From NCBI GenBank assembly GCA_024679065.1, contig JAGIQG010000008.1, forward strand, positions 86,242,001-86,306,000: a stretch of DNA of 64,000 nt. The letters are read 5' to 3'. The translations under genes were made by a program, and so were the position numbers. Numbering within the stretch: position 1 is the stretch's first letter; every line of letters starts with the position of its first letter. The notes beneath the pieces were generated by a model that worked only from the letters and a program-made list of their open reading frames with translations, was not told where the DNA came from and did not search any database. Positions 13,901 to 28,900 of the stretch are shown one piece after another. The stretch is from Sphyrna mokarran (Eukaryota).

Positions 13901-16900
13901 TATACTTTTAAATGGAAGCCAGATATAAAGGGCAAAATAATAGAAAGATATGGGCAGGAATTCTCTGATGTTGCATATCTTGGAACCGCTACCTAAAAGG
14001 ATGGCGAATTTGGCATTCAGCCAAAATTCAAATTACTGCAGTGGGAGTATCCAGGCCGGCAGCAAAGTCTGAGAATATCGGCCATGTTGATTGAGTGAGA
14101 AAAGGTTAGGTTTGTGTGTGGTGTAAAGATCGGCATAGACCAGCTATGCCAAAAGGCCTGTGTCTGTGCTGTAATATTCTATAAAACTCCAGAAGTGAAC
14201 ATGTATGTATGTAAACCCAAAGAAGGGCCTTGAGTTGCAAGTTTTGTAGAAGTAGGTTGCTGTCTAGTCCTTTGTTACTGCTTTTCTATTATTTTTAACA
14301 CCCCTTTTCTATAATTTATAGTCTAAATAATGATATGCACGTAGTATTCCACTGATTCGCTAGCCTGCTGGTGAAATTGAAAGTGACTTCAAACGGATTG
14401 TTCCACGTTCGGAAGCATCAAAACCAACCAAACTCAATTCTGAATATCATCCAGCATCCAGGCACTTCTCCAAACTCCAGTCGAGTCACTGGTGAGCTGG
14501 GAACTTCAGTTTCTCTAATACTTATTTACCTCCACAGCTGTCCAGCTGCTCCCAAATTCTTGTGGGTTTGGTGATTCTATGTGATCTGGACTCCTCATTT
14601 CATTGGCAGTTTTCATGTCAAAATTTCCACAGAGCCCCGAGAGTTTTCCCTGTGGGAAAGTAAAAAGGTATCACAAATATCACTTGGTAGAAATTCATGT
14701 CATCAATAAATTTTATTGATTATTGACTTGTTTTGGAATGATCCAGTAGCATAAGCAAAGCATATAATTAAGAAAATCATCCTATGCCACAATAAATTGT
14801 TCGCAAATTTATTTTGTTGGCTTTGTGAATGGAACTCCTTGTCTGCCCTCAAAGTACTGTTCTCCTTCAGGAATCTAAAATCAGTTCTTCTATCCAATTT
14901 TTAATTTAACCAATGGCTGATTGTGGTAGCTAGTTATTATCTGAAATTTACTCAGCTATGTCTTAAGTGTAAATTAACATACCGAGTAAAAATATAGGTA
15001 TGTCACAAATGTCTGATCTCAATGGAATTTAAAACACATTGTGCAGCGGTGCTGGTAGGGGTGGGTGACAAAAGAATGAAACTAAGGTAATAAATATTAT
15101 CCTCAGTCTCAGATGTGCTAAAGGTCTAAATAAAGCAAGTTGTCAATGTTGGAAAAAAAACTATAGATGAAATTTTCCTAAAAATGTTGTCAGTCAGGTT
15201 CTGACTGAAAGTTGTTGTGTTTCTCCCCAGACACACACCGAGGTTTTCAGTTCAGATCTTCTGACATTTAGCCAAAATAAAAGTGGGGGGTGGGGGACAG
15301 GGTGTTTTAGACTGGAATTCCTGAGGGACAGGCCTAAACACACTACAAGATCAGGTCCACAGAGATCAGCGTGCCCAGATCTCCGTCGCTACACAAGTAT
15401 CAGAGATAAACAGTGGTGTGTCTTTTGTGCATTTGTTTTGTAGCTTATATTGTGGAATTGAATTCATCAATTATAGGCTTGTTTTCATAAGTTAAAAAGC
15501 CCCTCAACAGTGATTTGTGTACTTTTCTGTATTTTTGTGGCTTACGTTGAGTAACTTGAGAGTGGTGGAGTCAGAAGGATGATGATGTGATTTGGGGCAG
15601 GACTTGGTACACCAAAGTCAAGATGGAGTGTGAAATCATCAAGGGGTTTTGGCACAGAAGCCACCCGCCCCCACCAAAGCATAAGTAGTCCTCAGTCAGA
15701 TCACCCACCTCTACCACCTCACATCATTGCCAGATTTGAGGCATCAGTGCTTCCATTGCAATGCAGGCACAACATTTCCCCACTCTCCCCAGCATCGCCA
15801 CTTCTCTCCCAAACAATGGGAAACCCCCTCTTCCCCTCCACCCCAGAGAAGTTCCTTAAAGGCCTTGCTCCTGGCCTAGTCTCTTGCCCTGCTCCTGGCT
15901 TGACCTAGTAGTGTCAACCTGGCCTGTTGCCTGCTTTTTAAATTCTGTATAGCTTGTACCAATCTTACTGCAATGCGATTTTTTTATTTTTTAGTTTTGC
16001 GAAGAGTATAGTCAAGGTTCATCTCCCTGAGAGGATAAGGATGAATGGCAGTCGGCTTGTGTGAATTAGATTTAGCTGTCAGGTGACTGCACTGCATAAA
16101 AGTGGAAATTTGAAATATTGTATTGTGATATCCTAATTATGCAGGATTTTAAACCGCGTATGTATGTACAATTTCACAAAAAGAAGTTTAAGATATAAAG
16201 TTTTATGATAATGCTTCTTACCTGCCATTTAGGTCCAATCTGCACATGTACTGTTGTCCTTTGGTCCCATAATACAGTAATTTCTTCAACAGGGAAATGT
16301 ATGACAGTGAAAATACCTGCTTTCCATATGTGTACAATCTGTTGCATGTCTGTGACGCTGGAGGGACTCTGAGAAGATTAATTTAATGAAAAATAATAAG
16401 AAAACATATAATGTATACTGGATTTGATTGGCCACCAGTGAAAAATGGTCAAATAGGCAATATGCATTTAATATTACTGATGAACAAATTACTTTTATTT
16501 AATACTAATGCACATTAATTCTAATTAACAATGACTCCATTTTAAAATCTTAAAGAATGTAATTCATTAAAAATCAATCATAGTGACTAAGGCATTGTCT
16601 ATGGTCCATTACATAGATAGAAGCCATGAAAAAATACTATTTTAAGTACATAAATTTTTGGTAAACCCATAAAATGTTATCACAAATCAGCATTCAAAAA
16701 AATCAGCATTCAATCTGATCCAATGCTGACCTAAAATCCTAAAACACCCCTATTATCACTTTTTTGACCCATTTTTGCACATTTACCATCTGGCAAGCAA
16801 ATTACCTTTTAATTAAAGAATGCAATGAATAAATAGTCATTGTTATAGTAGAAATTGAAACACAAAATAATTTTTAGTAAAGGTCTTTAATAAACAAATC

Positions 16901-19900
16901 AAAACAACAACAGTTTATTCTTAAAGAAGTGATCAAGTGTTCCTTGCTTGAACATAGCATTTTGCTGGCTGTGAGTGAAATCTAGAATGCTTCCAAGTTA
17001 AGGATTTTTAGCAGTTTGTTCCATTTTGATCTAAGAAAACACAAAATTAAGTCACCAAAAATTTTTCAGTTCCCCGGAAAGAGCAAAAGAAAGGGTCCAA
17101 TGATTCATTGCATTATATCCGAATTTACACTACATCGGGGCGTGTAAGATTGGGGTTTCACTGTACAAATGGTTTTATCTTGTTTATTCTGCTCTTCTAC
17201 TTACCATGTTCCCACTGTCATCATCAAACACCAAGGAAGTGTGACCAACTGAGACAGATAGAGCTTTGCGACAAATGGCTCCACTCCCATAACAGTCAAT
17301 ATTTTCAGTAATGATGGACAGCCTTAAAGTCCCAAGACTCTGCCAGAAAAAAGATGTCCTCTTATACATGTATGTAAAGTGTCATTCACCGTGAAATGGT
17401 TTACACATCAAACAGAAACATTTTTTTATTGGTTTCAGATTTGGCACAAAAAAAGGAAATATTTTTTAAAATGGTGATAGTGTGTTGTGATCTTCTAGTG
17501 CTTGATGTAAACATAAGCACCAAAGCAGCCTATTCATTTCAACAGCATTGTTCCCTCATCCAGGTCCTTCCCTCATAGAAAAGAGAAATCTTTTTCCATT
17601 GCTAAGCAATGGAATGTTGTATGTATCTAATAAGAACTTGGGATGCATATGCGCAGAAGTAAGCCTGTTGGGCCATTCAATTAGATCATAATGGCTCTGG
17701 GTGAGAAATTTGTGGGAGTTGTGAACAAAGACGTTACGCAAGCAGTAACCAGTTGAACACTGGCATACTGACAATCCTATTATATTCAAAATAGAAAAAT
17801 GTACAAGTTTGTTTGATTTGAATATTTTCACATTCTTTCCTCCTTTGGAAAATGGTGTGGAGCATTGGAGGGTTTTGCAGGCTAGTTAACAACCTACTGT
17901 GAGCTGCCTGAGCATCCCTTCCGTGACCAACAGGTCCTGCAGCAGCACTTGAGTCCAGGAACATCCACTATAAAGGCAGGAGCTTTACTAACTGAGTGAT
18001 TCAGTCTCCATTCAATAAATTTATCCAGTTAATTTATGATAATGAAAATTATGTCTGTGTTATTCATGAATAATTGTATGCCAGATGAAAATGATTTGAA
18101 ATCTTATACCCACCGACATTTCACCTGTTCGTATCTTGTAGGAAAAGTTAGTGTTTTAAACATTATACAATTAATATGGTTTATAAAGAATTTAACCTTT
18201 ACTAAAATGAACCTTTACCTTAACCAAGTAAACTTTGCAAGCGCTAATAAAATCATAAAGAACTCCATCAAAAGTCTTGTAATGGCGGTCTCCATATGCT
18301 GTACACATTGAAGGACAGGGTTGGAATGTGCACTGGAAGGTCCCCTGCTGGCAAACACTAAAAGGTATGTTATCAATAAGGATTAACTTCCGCAAATACT
18401 TGCACAATTACATTCAGCTTTTTGCTACTTAAACAAAAGTTTTCTTTTATATTTAGACTAGACCATTATTTAATTTTAATGTCATTGCATCTGTTTTATT
18501 AAAGCATTTGTTCTTAACATGTATGAGCCCACTAAATGCTAAATCTCTAATTACTACAGCAATCAAACATACAAGCGTGCCCAAGCCTGCTTTGCCATTC
18601 AATAAAATCGTGGCTGATCTGTTTGTGTTTCAAGCTCCACTTTCCCATCTACCCCTTTGATTCCCTTGTCTAACAAGAATTCAGTAAGAAGTTTCACAAC
18701 ACTAGGTTAAAGACCAACAGATTTATTTGGAGTCACGAGCTTTCAGAGCGTTGTTCCTTCATCAGGTGAGAGGAGAGGTAGGTTTCACAAACACAGCAAA
18801 TATAAAGACTCAATTGCAAGATAATGGTTGGAATGCAAGTTTTCAAGTAAAAATCAAGTCTTCACAGGTATAGGTAATGTGAGCGGGGAGAGAGATAATC
18901 ACAGGTTAAAGAAGTATGAATTGTCGCAAGCCAGGATGGTTAGTAGGACCTTGGAAGCTTAGGTCAAATGGTGGGCCAAATGTTAGATGTGACATGAGCC
19001 CAAGATCTTAGTTGATGCCGTACTCATGCGTGCATAATTTAGCTATCAGTCTCCACTCAGCGATTCTGTGTTGTGTGTCTTGAAGGCCACCTTGGAGAAC
19101 GCTTACTCAAGATCGAAGGCTGAATGCCCTTGACTGCTAAAGTGTTTCCTAACTGGAAGGGAACACTCCTGTCTGGCGACTGTCACATGATGTCTGTTCA
19201 TCCGTTATCGTACTGTATAGTCTTGCCAATGTATCGTGCCTCAGGACATCATTTCCTGCAACGTATGAGGTAGACAATGTTGGCCGAGTTGCATGAATAT
19301 ATATTGTATACTTGGTGGGTGGTGTTCTTGCCTGCAATGCCTGTACTTGTCATGGCATAAACGGTGATGTTGGCATAAAATCCTGCCAGAATCAGAAAAT
19401 CAAGATTTCAGATTTCCTTCACCACCACCTCCTCCTCTCCCATGACTTAAGGACTTTCAAATCTAGAAAGTACATTCCCAGTAACCCCTCCTACCACTTA
19501 TGGGTTTCAATTAGCAGCCAGGCAGAAGGCCATCCATAAGACTGCCTTCCAGGTCTTCATGGATCAAAGTATCCCTACCATGTACATTCCATCAAGTCAG
19601 GGGCTCCTAAACTCTGCCTATTTGTAATTTAGAGAAGCTGAGGCTGTTCTCCCTGGAATTGATATGGTTGGGAGGAGATTTGTCAGAGGTATACAAAATC
19701 ACAGGAATCTGGACAAAGCAGATAAGGAGAAATTGTTTCCATTGGTAGAAGGATCAAGAGCCAGAGGACACCAATTTAAAGTGAATGGCAAAAGAAGCAA
19801 AGGCAACATGAAGAAAATATTCTTTAAGTAATGAGTGGTTAAATGTCAAATGCACTGTCAGTGAGTGTGGTGAAGGCAGATTCAATCATGATTTTCAAAA

Positions 19901-22900
19901 GAGCATTGGATCATTACCCAAAGAAGAAAACTTTCCAGGGCTACAGGGAAATGATGCTACATGAGTTATTCTTGCAGAGCTGGTACGGACATAGCCTGCT
20001 GAATTTCCACCTTCTTTGCTGGAACCATTCTTTGATTCCAGGACTTGATGAGTCTAATCTATTTAACCTGGTGGTATGGCACACAACATGATGGAAGGTG
20101 TCATCAGAATGATGATCGAATTTATTGGTCGCTCCAACCAATACCGTCATGATCAGATGCATCTGCGAACTGGAATGATTGGGGAAGATGATATCAAGTA
20201 GATTTTTCTCTTTTTTCACCACCTGCTAAAAGCTCAGTCTAGAAGCCTCTTGCTTCTCGGAGGCTATCCTTCAGGATTTGACGAACCTGGTAAATAGTGG
20301 TGCTACTGAGCCAATCTTGGTGATAGATATTGAAATTCATCCAGAGTGTACTCTGATTTATTGTTGGAGGGAGAGCTACATGTGGTAAGCAGTAGAAGGT
20401 TTCCTGGCTAATATTTGATGCGATAACATGAGAATTCCCAGGTTCAGCCTTAATTTTGAGGATTGTATATCAGAGTGCCGCCATCTCTGCTGGGATTGTC
20501 CTCCAGCTGGGCCAGGTAATGCCCAGGGATGCCAATTTTTTATACATTCATGAGATGTAGGTGTGGTTGGCAAGGCCATTATTCATGGCCATTCCTCATT
20601 GCCTTTGAGTAGGTAATGCTTAGCCATCTTCCTGAACCACTGCAGGTAAGGTCGTGCACTCAGAGTTGGACAGAGAGTTTTCCATGATTTTAACTCAGCA
20701 ACAAATCCAAGTCAAGAATGGTGTGCCTTGGAGAGTATTTTACAGATGTTGGCATATTTTGTCCTTGCTCCTCTAAGTATTAGAGGTTGCAGTTTTGGAA
20801 GGTATTGTGGAAGGACCTTTGCTGAGTTACAGCTCTACATCTTGTAGATGGTGTATGTTGTGGCATCAGTATGCAATGAAAGAGGGAGTAGATTTTTAAA
20901 ATGTTTGATAGAGTGTTGATCAAATGGCTGTTTTTTCCTGGATAGTGCTGAGCTTCTTGAGTCTTGGTGAAGTCATATGTTGGCCGGGTCTTGATTCACA
21001 CAGGCAGAGAGAGCTTATTATCTGAGAGATTGTGAATGGAACTGAACATTGTGCAATTCTCCCTACTTCTGACCTTACAATTAAAGATCATTGATGAAAC
21101 AGCTGAAGATGGTTGGAAGTAGGACATTACCCTGAGGAAATCCTGCAGTAGTGTTCTGGAGCTGAGACGATTATCCTCCAACACCCACAACCATCTTCTT
21201 TAGTGCAAATTATGTTTTCAGCCAAAGGAGAGTGCCAATTCCCATTAACTGAAGTCTTCCTAGGACTATTTAATGACCATACACACAGTCAAATAATGCA
21301 TGGGCTGTCACTGTAAGCTTAGTACTGGAATTCAAATTTTTGAGCCTTGTTTGGATAATGGCAGGAATAAAATTTGGTGCTGAGGGTTCCTAGCTGAACC
21401 CAAAGTGAATAGTACTGAACAAGTTATTGATGAATAACTGCTACATGATAGCACTGTTGACAACATCTTCCATTACTATGTTTTGATTGAGAGTAAATTG
21501 ATGGGATGGTAATTAACTGGATCAGATTCATTCTGTTTTTTGTGGGCAGGACATACTTTCAATTTCTTTTCTTGCTGGTTAGAGGCCAATTTTGTAGTTT
21601 TGATGGATAAGTGTGGGATGTTCGCTGAAAGGTATGATTCTGTGAATGTTACTATAGCATAGTGTATACTATTACTTGACTAGTCTATGAGGTAGCTCTG
21701 CCAATTTTGGAACAAGTGCCCAAATGTTAGTAAGGAGAACATTGCATGGTTGATAGGCAGAATGTGCCAGGTTGACACTGTCAGATTGGCATTATCATGA
21801 TAGGAAATTGGCACTGCCAGATCTGTACTGCTAGGATGTCAGGTTGGCACTGGCAGATAAGCACTTTCCAGCCATGTCCCCGACCACTTGGGGCTTCAAT
21901 GCCCTCCAACTATCCCTCTAAATATTAGCATACTTAAATACAGTAATCTAGTTCCTGCCCTCACTGGTCAGAAACAAATTACATCCAGGTGCAGTGGCTG
22001 AGAGAATCCCAACAGGGGTTTGAGCTAGTGCTAGCGCTAAATGAGTTAAAACCCTCATTGTCAATTTCCTGGGCCTGCATCACCCAAACATGCGCCAAGT
22101 ACGATGTGGCTGGAAAAACATGGCCATTCGCTCTAATTTCTCTCCACTAATGCTGTCAGACCTGCTAAGATTTACCACTATTTCCTGCTGTTGTTAAAAT
22201 CCAAATTTAATTATGAAATGTTTGATCCTATTTAAAAATCCATTATGTATAGTAAAATGGTATGTTACAAATACATAATTTCTTTCTGAAAGGTCTTATT
22301 GTATTTAAAACATATTCTAATTTCCAATGCAAAATTAAGATAGGTAATTACAACACAAATCTAAATTAAGATGAATAGAATTCATTTTGTTCCATTTGCT
22401 TAATTTAGGGTTGTGACCCTTCTATGGAGATGGATAATCCTGAAGGTATCTTTGGTACAAATTCATCTCTGGTAAGCAGATCAAGGAAAATGAAGTTTTA
22501 GCTGAAGATTCTCCATGATCATACTAAATGCTGGAATAGGCTCAAAACACAGCCTTCTCCTGCTCCTATTTCCTATGTTGAGATCCATCCAGAGCTTTAT
22601 AAATCTTCAGTAACTTCCCAACTTTAATATCTCTCTTTATGAATCATATACACTTTTTTAATGACTCTCTCAATATATTTCGTCAGCTTCCAAACATCAA
22701 CACACACATATCCCGTTCCCTCTATCACTGCACACACTCTAGAACCATACCACTTAATCAAATATTGGGCATTGTTCCAGAATAACTTCTATCCATTTTC
22801 TCACCATTGCTGTCCTGTTACTTCTGCTTAATGTTTTGGCCAAAATGCATCATTTCACAATTGTCTTGCTAAATTCCATCTTTTTGCTAACTATTCACTG

Positions 22901-25900
22901 TTGCATTTGATTGGTATCATTCTTATGGTTTGTCATATTTCCAAGTTTCCTACCATTGACTATTTTCCAATATCCTTGTAATTTTTATAAGAACTGTTAT
23001 TGGAAGTGTATAGATGTGGACAGTATCAGCTATGATCAAGTAACCTATCACTGTTCAAGCTATGACTTGAAGAATTGATATTTGGATAAGGTACCAGAGA
23101 GTGCTTAACGTACATCACTCAAAGAGTCACTCAAGAAAGGAATAATTGTGAAAAAGAGCCGGAACTTAAAGAAAGGATTTGCACAAACCAAATCTAGAAG
23201 CTGATTTACTTACCAGGTATAGCATGGTGATCTTACTATGTCACCAGGAAAATATTCCTTCCCCTTCCACAGACAGGGACATTCATTAGGCTTAAAGCAC
23301 TCATCTTCATGCTTCACAAGGCTGGTAAAAGTGCGTTGAAATTAAATAAAACAGTGATTTATCCAGATTGATCACCCTTTACTAAAATATAATGATGGTC
23401 TTAACCTAATTGTGCGTTAAGATATTTTTCCAATCAGTTGAATCCACTTAATTGTCTTTTACTTCCAAGTACACTGTTATAAATATCAATAATTCTGAAA
23501 CATATACTGAGTTATGGTAACATAGTTAGCAATCTAATAAGAGTTAAAATTTTACAATGTTTTCTTAGCATTTCAATCAAAACTAAGGATAAATACATTG
23601 TTTTGAATTAATCCACAATCCAATCTATTTAAGCAACATTAACTCTGTATTCTAGCTTATTCAATTTGTAGTTAAAGGGAAACTATGACTTCATTTTTTT
23701 AAACATTTGGTAATTTATCCTGATATCATGTTCCTAAACATGTGGTCTTGAAGGCCTCCCATCCTGCATCATAGCAGCAATTGCCTTGCCCTTTTGCACT
23801 CTGGAGGTCAACGTTAAGCACACTCACCTCCTCAGTCGCCCTTTGCAATCCATGCTATTCAAGGGACCAATGAGGATTTGCTCCTATGTGATTTCCTGCT
23901 GGGGAGATGGGAACACTCCTAGAGGGAGCATGATCACTTGTCAAATTTGCTCTTGAGTTTGAAATCAAGTCAATCTCATGCTAATCAACCTTGCATCCTT
24001 TCTGGATGCGATCCAATTTGCACCAGTAGAAATGGACTGGATGATTGCAAACTGTTTGGTATCAGGTGCAAAACTCACTTTTAGACCTGAAACCAATTTT
24101 CCAGGATCAGTGCGACCTGCATGAGGCCGCAAAATTGTGGCTGATTTTATCGCATTTTACAGGCAGCTGAGCTTCAATTCTCATTTTTGAAGCTTAACAT
24201 GGGAAAACAACTTTGAGCTAAACTATAGCTATTTTTAAGACACATTTAACCTATCTATGGACAAACATTGTTTGTTACTTAGCATAGCTTGGAGCTCTGA
24301 TTCCATCAAAGCACAATATGGCAGGAGCATTAAGTGCCATGGAATTATCATTTTTCAGAATAGTATTACAAATGAATGAACAAGTTCAGGACACAGTCAT
24401 GTAAGAAAAGTTACAGTTGAATTGTTTCTGAGCGCCATCTGTTTCATTTCTAATACATTTTTTGTTAGATCAATTTCCCGATAAGCTCAGAACATTGAGT
24501 CACACTTTGTTCCCACTGGTGTATAACATCAGGACTCAGAACCATGTTCAAAGGGAATACAGTGCATTCACTGAGTTGCAGAAGCTGAGATGTACTACTG
24601 TGTTATATTACACAACAGATACCACAGATGCAAACAGAATCCTTCACTGACAATCCAAGAAGAGATTAATTTCTGTCTTCAAAGGATTTAAAACAATCCA
24701 CCATTCAGCCTCCCATTGATTAATCGCTTTCCAGAAAGTGCTGAACATTAAAACTCAGGGTCGTAACAAACAAAAGTGATTTGTCAATCAAAGCACAAAC
24801 TATGATTTTGTAAACTGTCAATTTATTTTACAAAGTAAAGCATGGATATGCAATTATGGTTGATGAAATGGCTAGCTTCATACTTTGAGTAATACATGGC
24901 TGGGGATATGATTTTGAGGGAGGTGATGGCATAGTGGTAATGTCACTGGGCCAGCAAGCCAGAGACCCAAGGTAATGGGTTTGAATCCTGCCACGGGTTA
25001 TGGTGAAATCTGAATTCAATAAAATAAAATTCTAATGATGACATTGAAACCATAATCAACTGGGGTAAAAACCCCTCTGGCTCACTTTTTTCTTTTAGGG
25101 AGAAAATCTGCCATCCTTAACCCAGATGCTGCCTGGTATGGAAGGTCTGAGTTACGAGGAGAGGTTAGGCAAATTGAGACTGTTTTCCTGAGAAAGACGT
25201 AGACTTTGAGGAGATCTTATAGAGGTGTACAAGATTTTGAAGGGGATAGATAGAGTAAACAGGGTTAAGCTTTTTCCTAGGATGGACTCGAATAGCACGA
25301 GGGGTCACGGGCTTAGGATGAGGGGGTTAAGGTATAATTTGGATGCTAGAGGGAGTTTTTTCACACAGATGGTGGTGAGGGTATGGATTGCACTGCCAGT
25401 AAAGTGGTGGAGGCAGGTACTCTGGAGTTATTTAAGAAATACTTAGATGGGCACATGAACAGAATGGGAATGGAGGGATATAGAAAACTGATTTAAAATA
25501 GGGATCATGAGCCTTGGGAGTTCCTGGGAAGTGTGCAAATAGATGATGATATTGATGTACTTGTTTTTATCCTACAGGTGCTTTGGTCCACTTTGTTGTC
25601 TAATAAAGGGCATACGTGCGATGGGTCGTGAGAGGGCTGCTCTTGGATTTTTTTCAAGAGTATCCTAGTGCTTCATGTCGTTAGTGTATGCTTGACTGGA
25701 CCATTTGATGGGCAACATGACAGCTCAGTGACTATCGCTGTGCTGTGCAGATACATGGATTTGGGCCTGTGTCTGTGGGAGTTTCAGCATTCTCCCCGTG
25801 CTTGCGTGGGTTTTCTCTGGGTGGTCCGGTTTCCTCCCACACCCCAAAGGTGTGCTCTTAGGCTAATTGGCAAAACAAATTCTCCCTAAATTATCTCAAA

Positions 25901-28900
25901 TTTGGTTTTTAATCCATAGATCTATAAACATAGGCAGGGATCACGGGTAGAGGTGGGAACATCGGGGTGGAGCACGGGCTTGTTGGACCAAAGGGCCCAT
26001 TTCCCGTGCTGTTTTGTTCTTTGTTCTTTGTACCCAGTCTGGCCTACATGTTAATCCAGATCCCCAGCATTGTAGTTGATTCTTAATTATCCCTTCAAGG
26101 ACAACTAGGGATGGGAATTAAATGCTCACGTCCCATGAAAATATATTTTTAAAAAAAGATGGTGCAGGAGGGAGGGCTTTTGATGCATAGGTCACTGGGA
26201 CCATCCTCTACATGGGCAGTTTTTTTTTACTGCTGTTGGGAAGGTTTTAATTTAATCTGCCAAGGAATGTGGGAATCTAGGATTAATACTGGAGAGGAAA
26301 AGCAAAATGCACAAAGAACTGGAAGAAACAAATAACATTACAGTAAGAAATAGTAAGGCATTAAGTGGATCAGAGTAAGAGGGGATGCAATAAGATTTCA
26401 ATTAGGTTTACTGTGCATCTATGTGAATGCACAGAGCATGATAAACAAGTATGGTGAGCTACAGGCACAGATAACCAAGTGAGAATATGATGTTGTAGCT
26501 GTTACAGGGGCCTGGCTCAAAAAAGGGCAGAACTGAGTACTAAATATTCTTGGGAATAAGATACTCAAAAAAAGGGAAACTTAAATGTTGGGAATAATTA
26601 GAAAAGCATTTGCAGTTTTGGGTTTCATAAATGAAAGTATCAAGTACAAAGCAGGGAAGTTAGGCTGAACCTTTATAAAGCTCTGGTTAGGCCAGAACAC
26701 TACTGTGTCCAGTACAAGTGACCACACTTTGGGAAAGATATGAAGGTCCTTCAAAGAGTGCAGAGAGGCTTTAGCAGAACTATTCTAGGGAAGAGGGATC
26801 TTAGCTATGAGGTTAAGTTGGAGAAGCTGGGGTTATTCTCCTTGCAGCAAAAGAGATTGAGGAGAGATTTAAATGGACATGTATAAGATAATGAAAGGTT
26901 TAGATAATATTGTACAAAGAAAACTGGGCACAGATTAAGTTGTTGAGTCAGAAACGTGGGATGGGGAGGTGTATGAAAGAACTACTTTACGCAGTAAGCG
27001 ATAATGAACAGGAACTCACTGCTCCTAAGGGCAGTGGGAGCAGAGATGATCAACAAATTCAAAAGAAAATTCGATTTTTTTAGTTGTCTAAAAGTTTCAT
27101 GGGAATTCCCCCTCATCACACCCAGCCCCCATCCCCCCACCTCCTGCAACTTCTGGACATGACAATACCTCCAGCCCCACTATCCCCCAACAACTTGACT
27201 ATCCCCTGGTTACTCCAATAACCCTAACCTAACTTGATGAACCCCTGACCTCCCCTACTACCCTGACCCAACTACCTACTCACCTACCTATCACCTCACC
27301 CCCCACCCAACTCATACATGCATATCCTACTTACCCATCTTGCCCATGTTCCCATTCACCCAACTTTCCCACCTCATCCACCTACCCACTCACATATCTA
27401 CCGACACATTCAGCCATCTATCCATTCACATACCTATCCACCTATACATTCACTCATGCACTCACTCACTCATCCATTCATTCATTCATTCATTAATGCA
27501 TATTTAAAGACTGGACCTTTAAACTTTCCACTGTTCTTCCAACTCTAATCTGATGGAACTCCGCAACAAAATACTGCACTGTGAATTTCTCTGACAACTG
27601 GGATGACAAGATCCCTGAAGAGATGTACAGTAGCATTAGGTTGGGAAAATCTTCATGGGCACTGGCAATATCGTGCTGGTTAGAAATGTCAGGGCATAGT
27701 GAGAGAAAAATAACCTTCCTGATTATGAGTTCAAAGGTGCTTGAATGTAAATGTTCATTGCAATTTATCACTGCACTGTGCTGGCAGCAAAAGGCAAAAT
27801 AAGTCACTGTTCGAAAAAATGCAACATTGTATTATAATGTAAGGATTTTGCTTTGTTTTAATTAAACAGTGTTGATTTATATGTATTTGTCTATGATTCT
27901 GTTAAGCTTCTTAGAGGGTATCTGATCCCCTCGGCAAATACTTTTCTGCTTAAATAATATATAAAACAACTTATTTATGGAAAAATTAAGCCAATAATTT
28001 AGGATGAGTTGCATTTTCATTACTGCTGAAATGACAACCAAAGAATATTCCCTATGCCAGATTCACTTTTAAATATAGACTGAGTTGGAGAAAAACTTAC
28101 ACTAAGCATCTTCTCATTGCTCGTACTTCAAAATTGAACAGTTAAGAATCAAGTTTATCTTTAAGTGAGTAGATCATGCATTCAAATCCCAGCTCAGAGT
28201 TTGAGCACATAATCTGTGTTGGTATTCCAATCTTGTACTGAAGGTATGCTCATGACTGAAGTATCGGGGATGTGGGGTGCGAGAATGATAAATTCCAGTT
28301 CAAATAAGAGCAGCTTTCTTTGACTCTGCAGGCCAACAGACAGATAGATAGATAGATTTATATAATCGTTCTGGCACTGTTTCCTGATAGACACGGCAAA
28401 GCCAGCTCCACAGAAATTGTGGCACCATCTTTAAAGGACACATTAAACAACAGAGTTAAAAAATCATCCTTCACCCCACCCCCGCACCCCCCAACAGTGG
28501 TATTGAAGGTTCTCTCCTCCCCACCTCATGACACAATCATTAGAGGCTCTTCTCCCATGACATAATCATTCAGCATTCCTCCCATGGCACAGTCCTTGGG
28601 GGCTCTTCCACCACAACTCAATTATTGAGGACTATCTCTCTTCTCCCCCTCATTGCCAAATGCTCTCTGCCATTGCAAGCTCCCATTTCCAATGCCCACT
28701 TCTCTCTCCATCACTGCAAGCTCTTCCCCCTCAGGGTCAGCCCCCTCCCCCCTTAAATTGGCACTCTTTGACCCCTATGCACGTTGGCAATAGGTTGGCA
28801 CCTTCATCCAAATGTTGTAATCACATCGGCAATTTGAATATTGAGTGAGAGGGAATCATGTGGCAAGGGCTTGTTACCTACAATAAAAATAAAATTGATT

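Noticed and set aside
27100-27495. His/Pro-rich ORF and (CATT/CACT)n repeats
   Set aside because: Low-complexity core of an old repeat, with no coding evidence.
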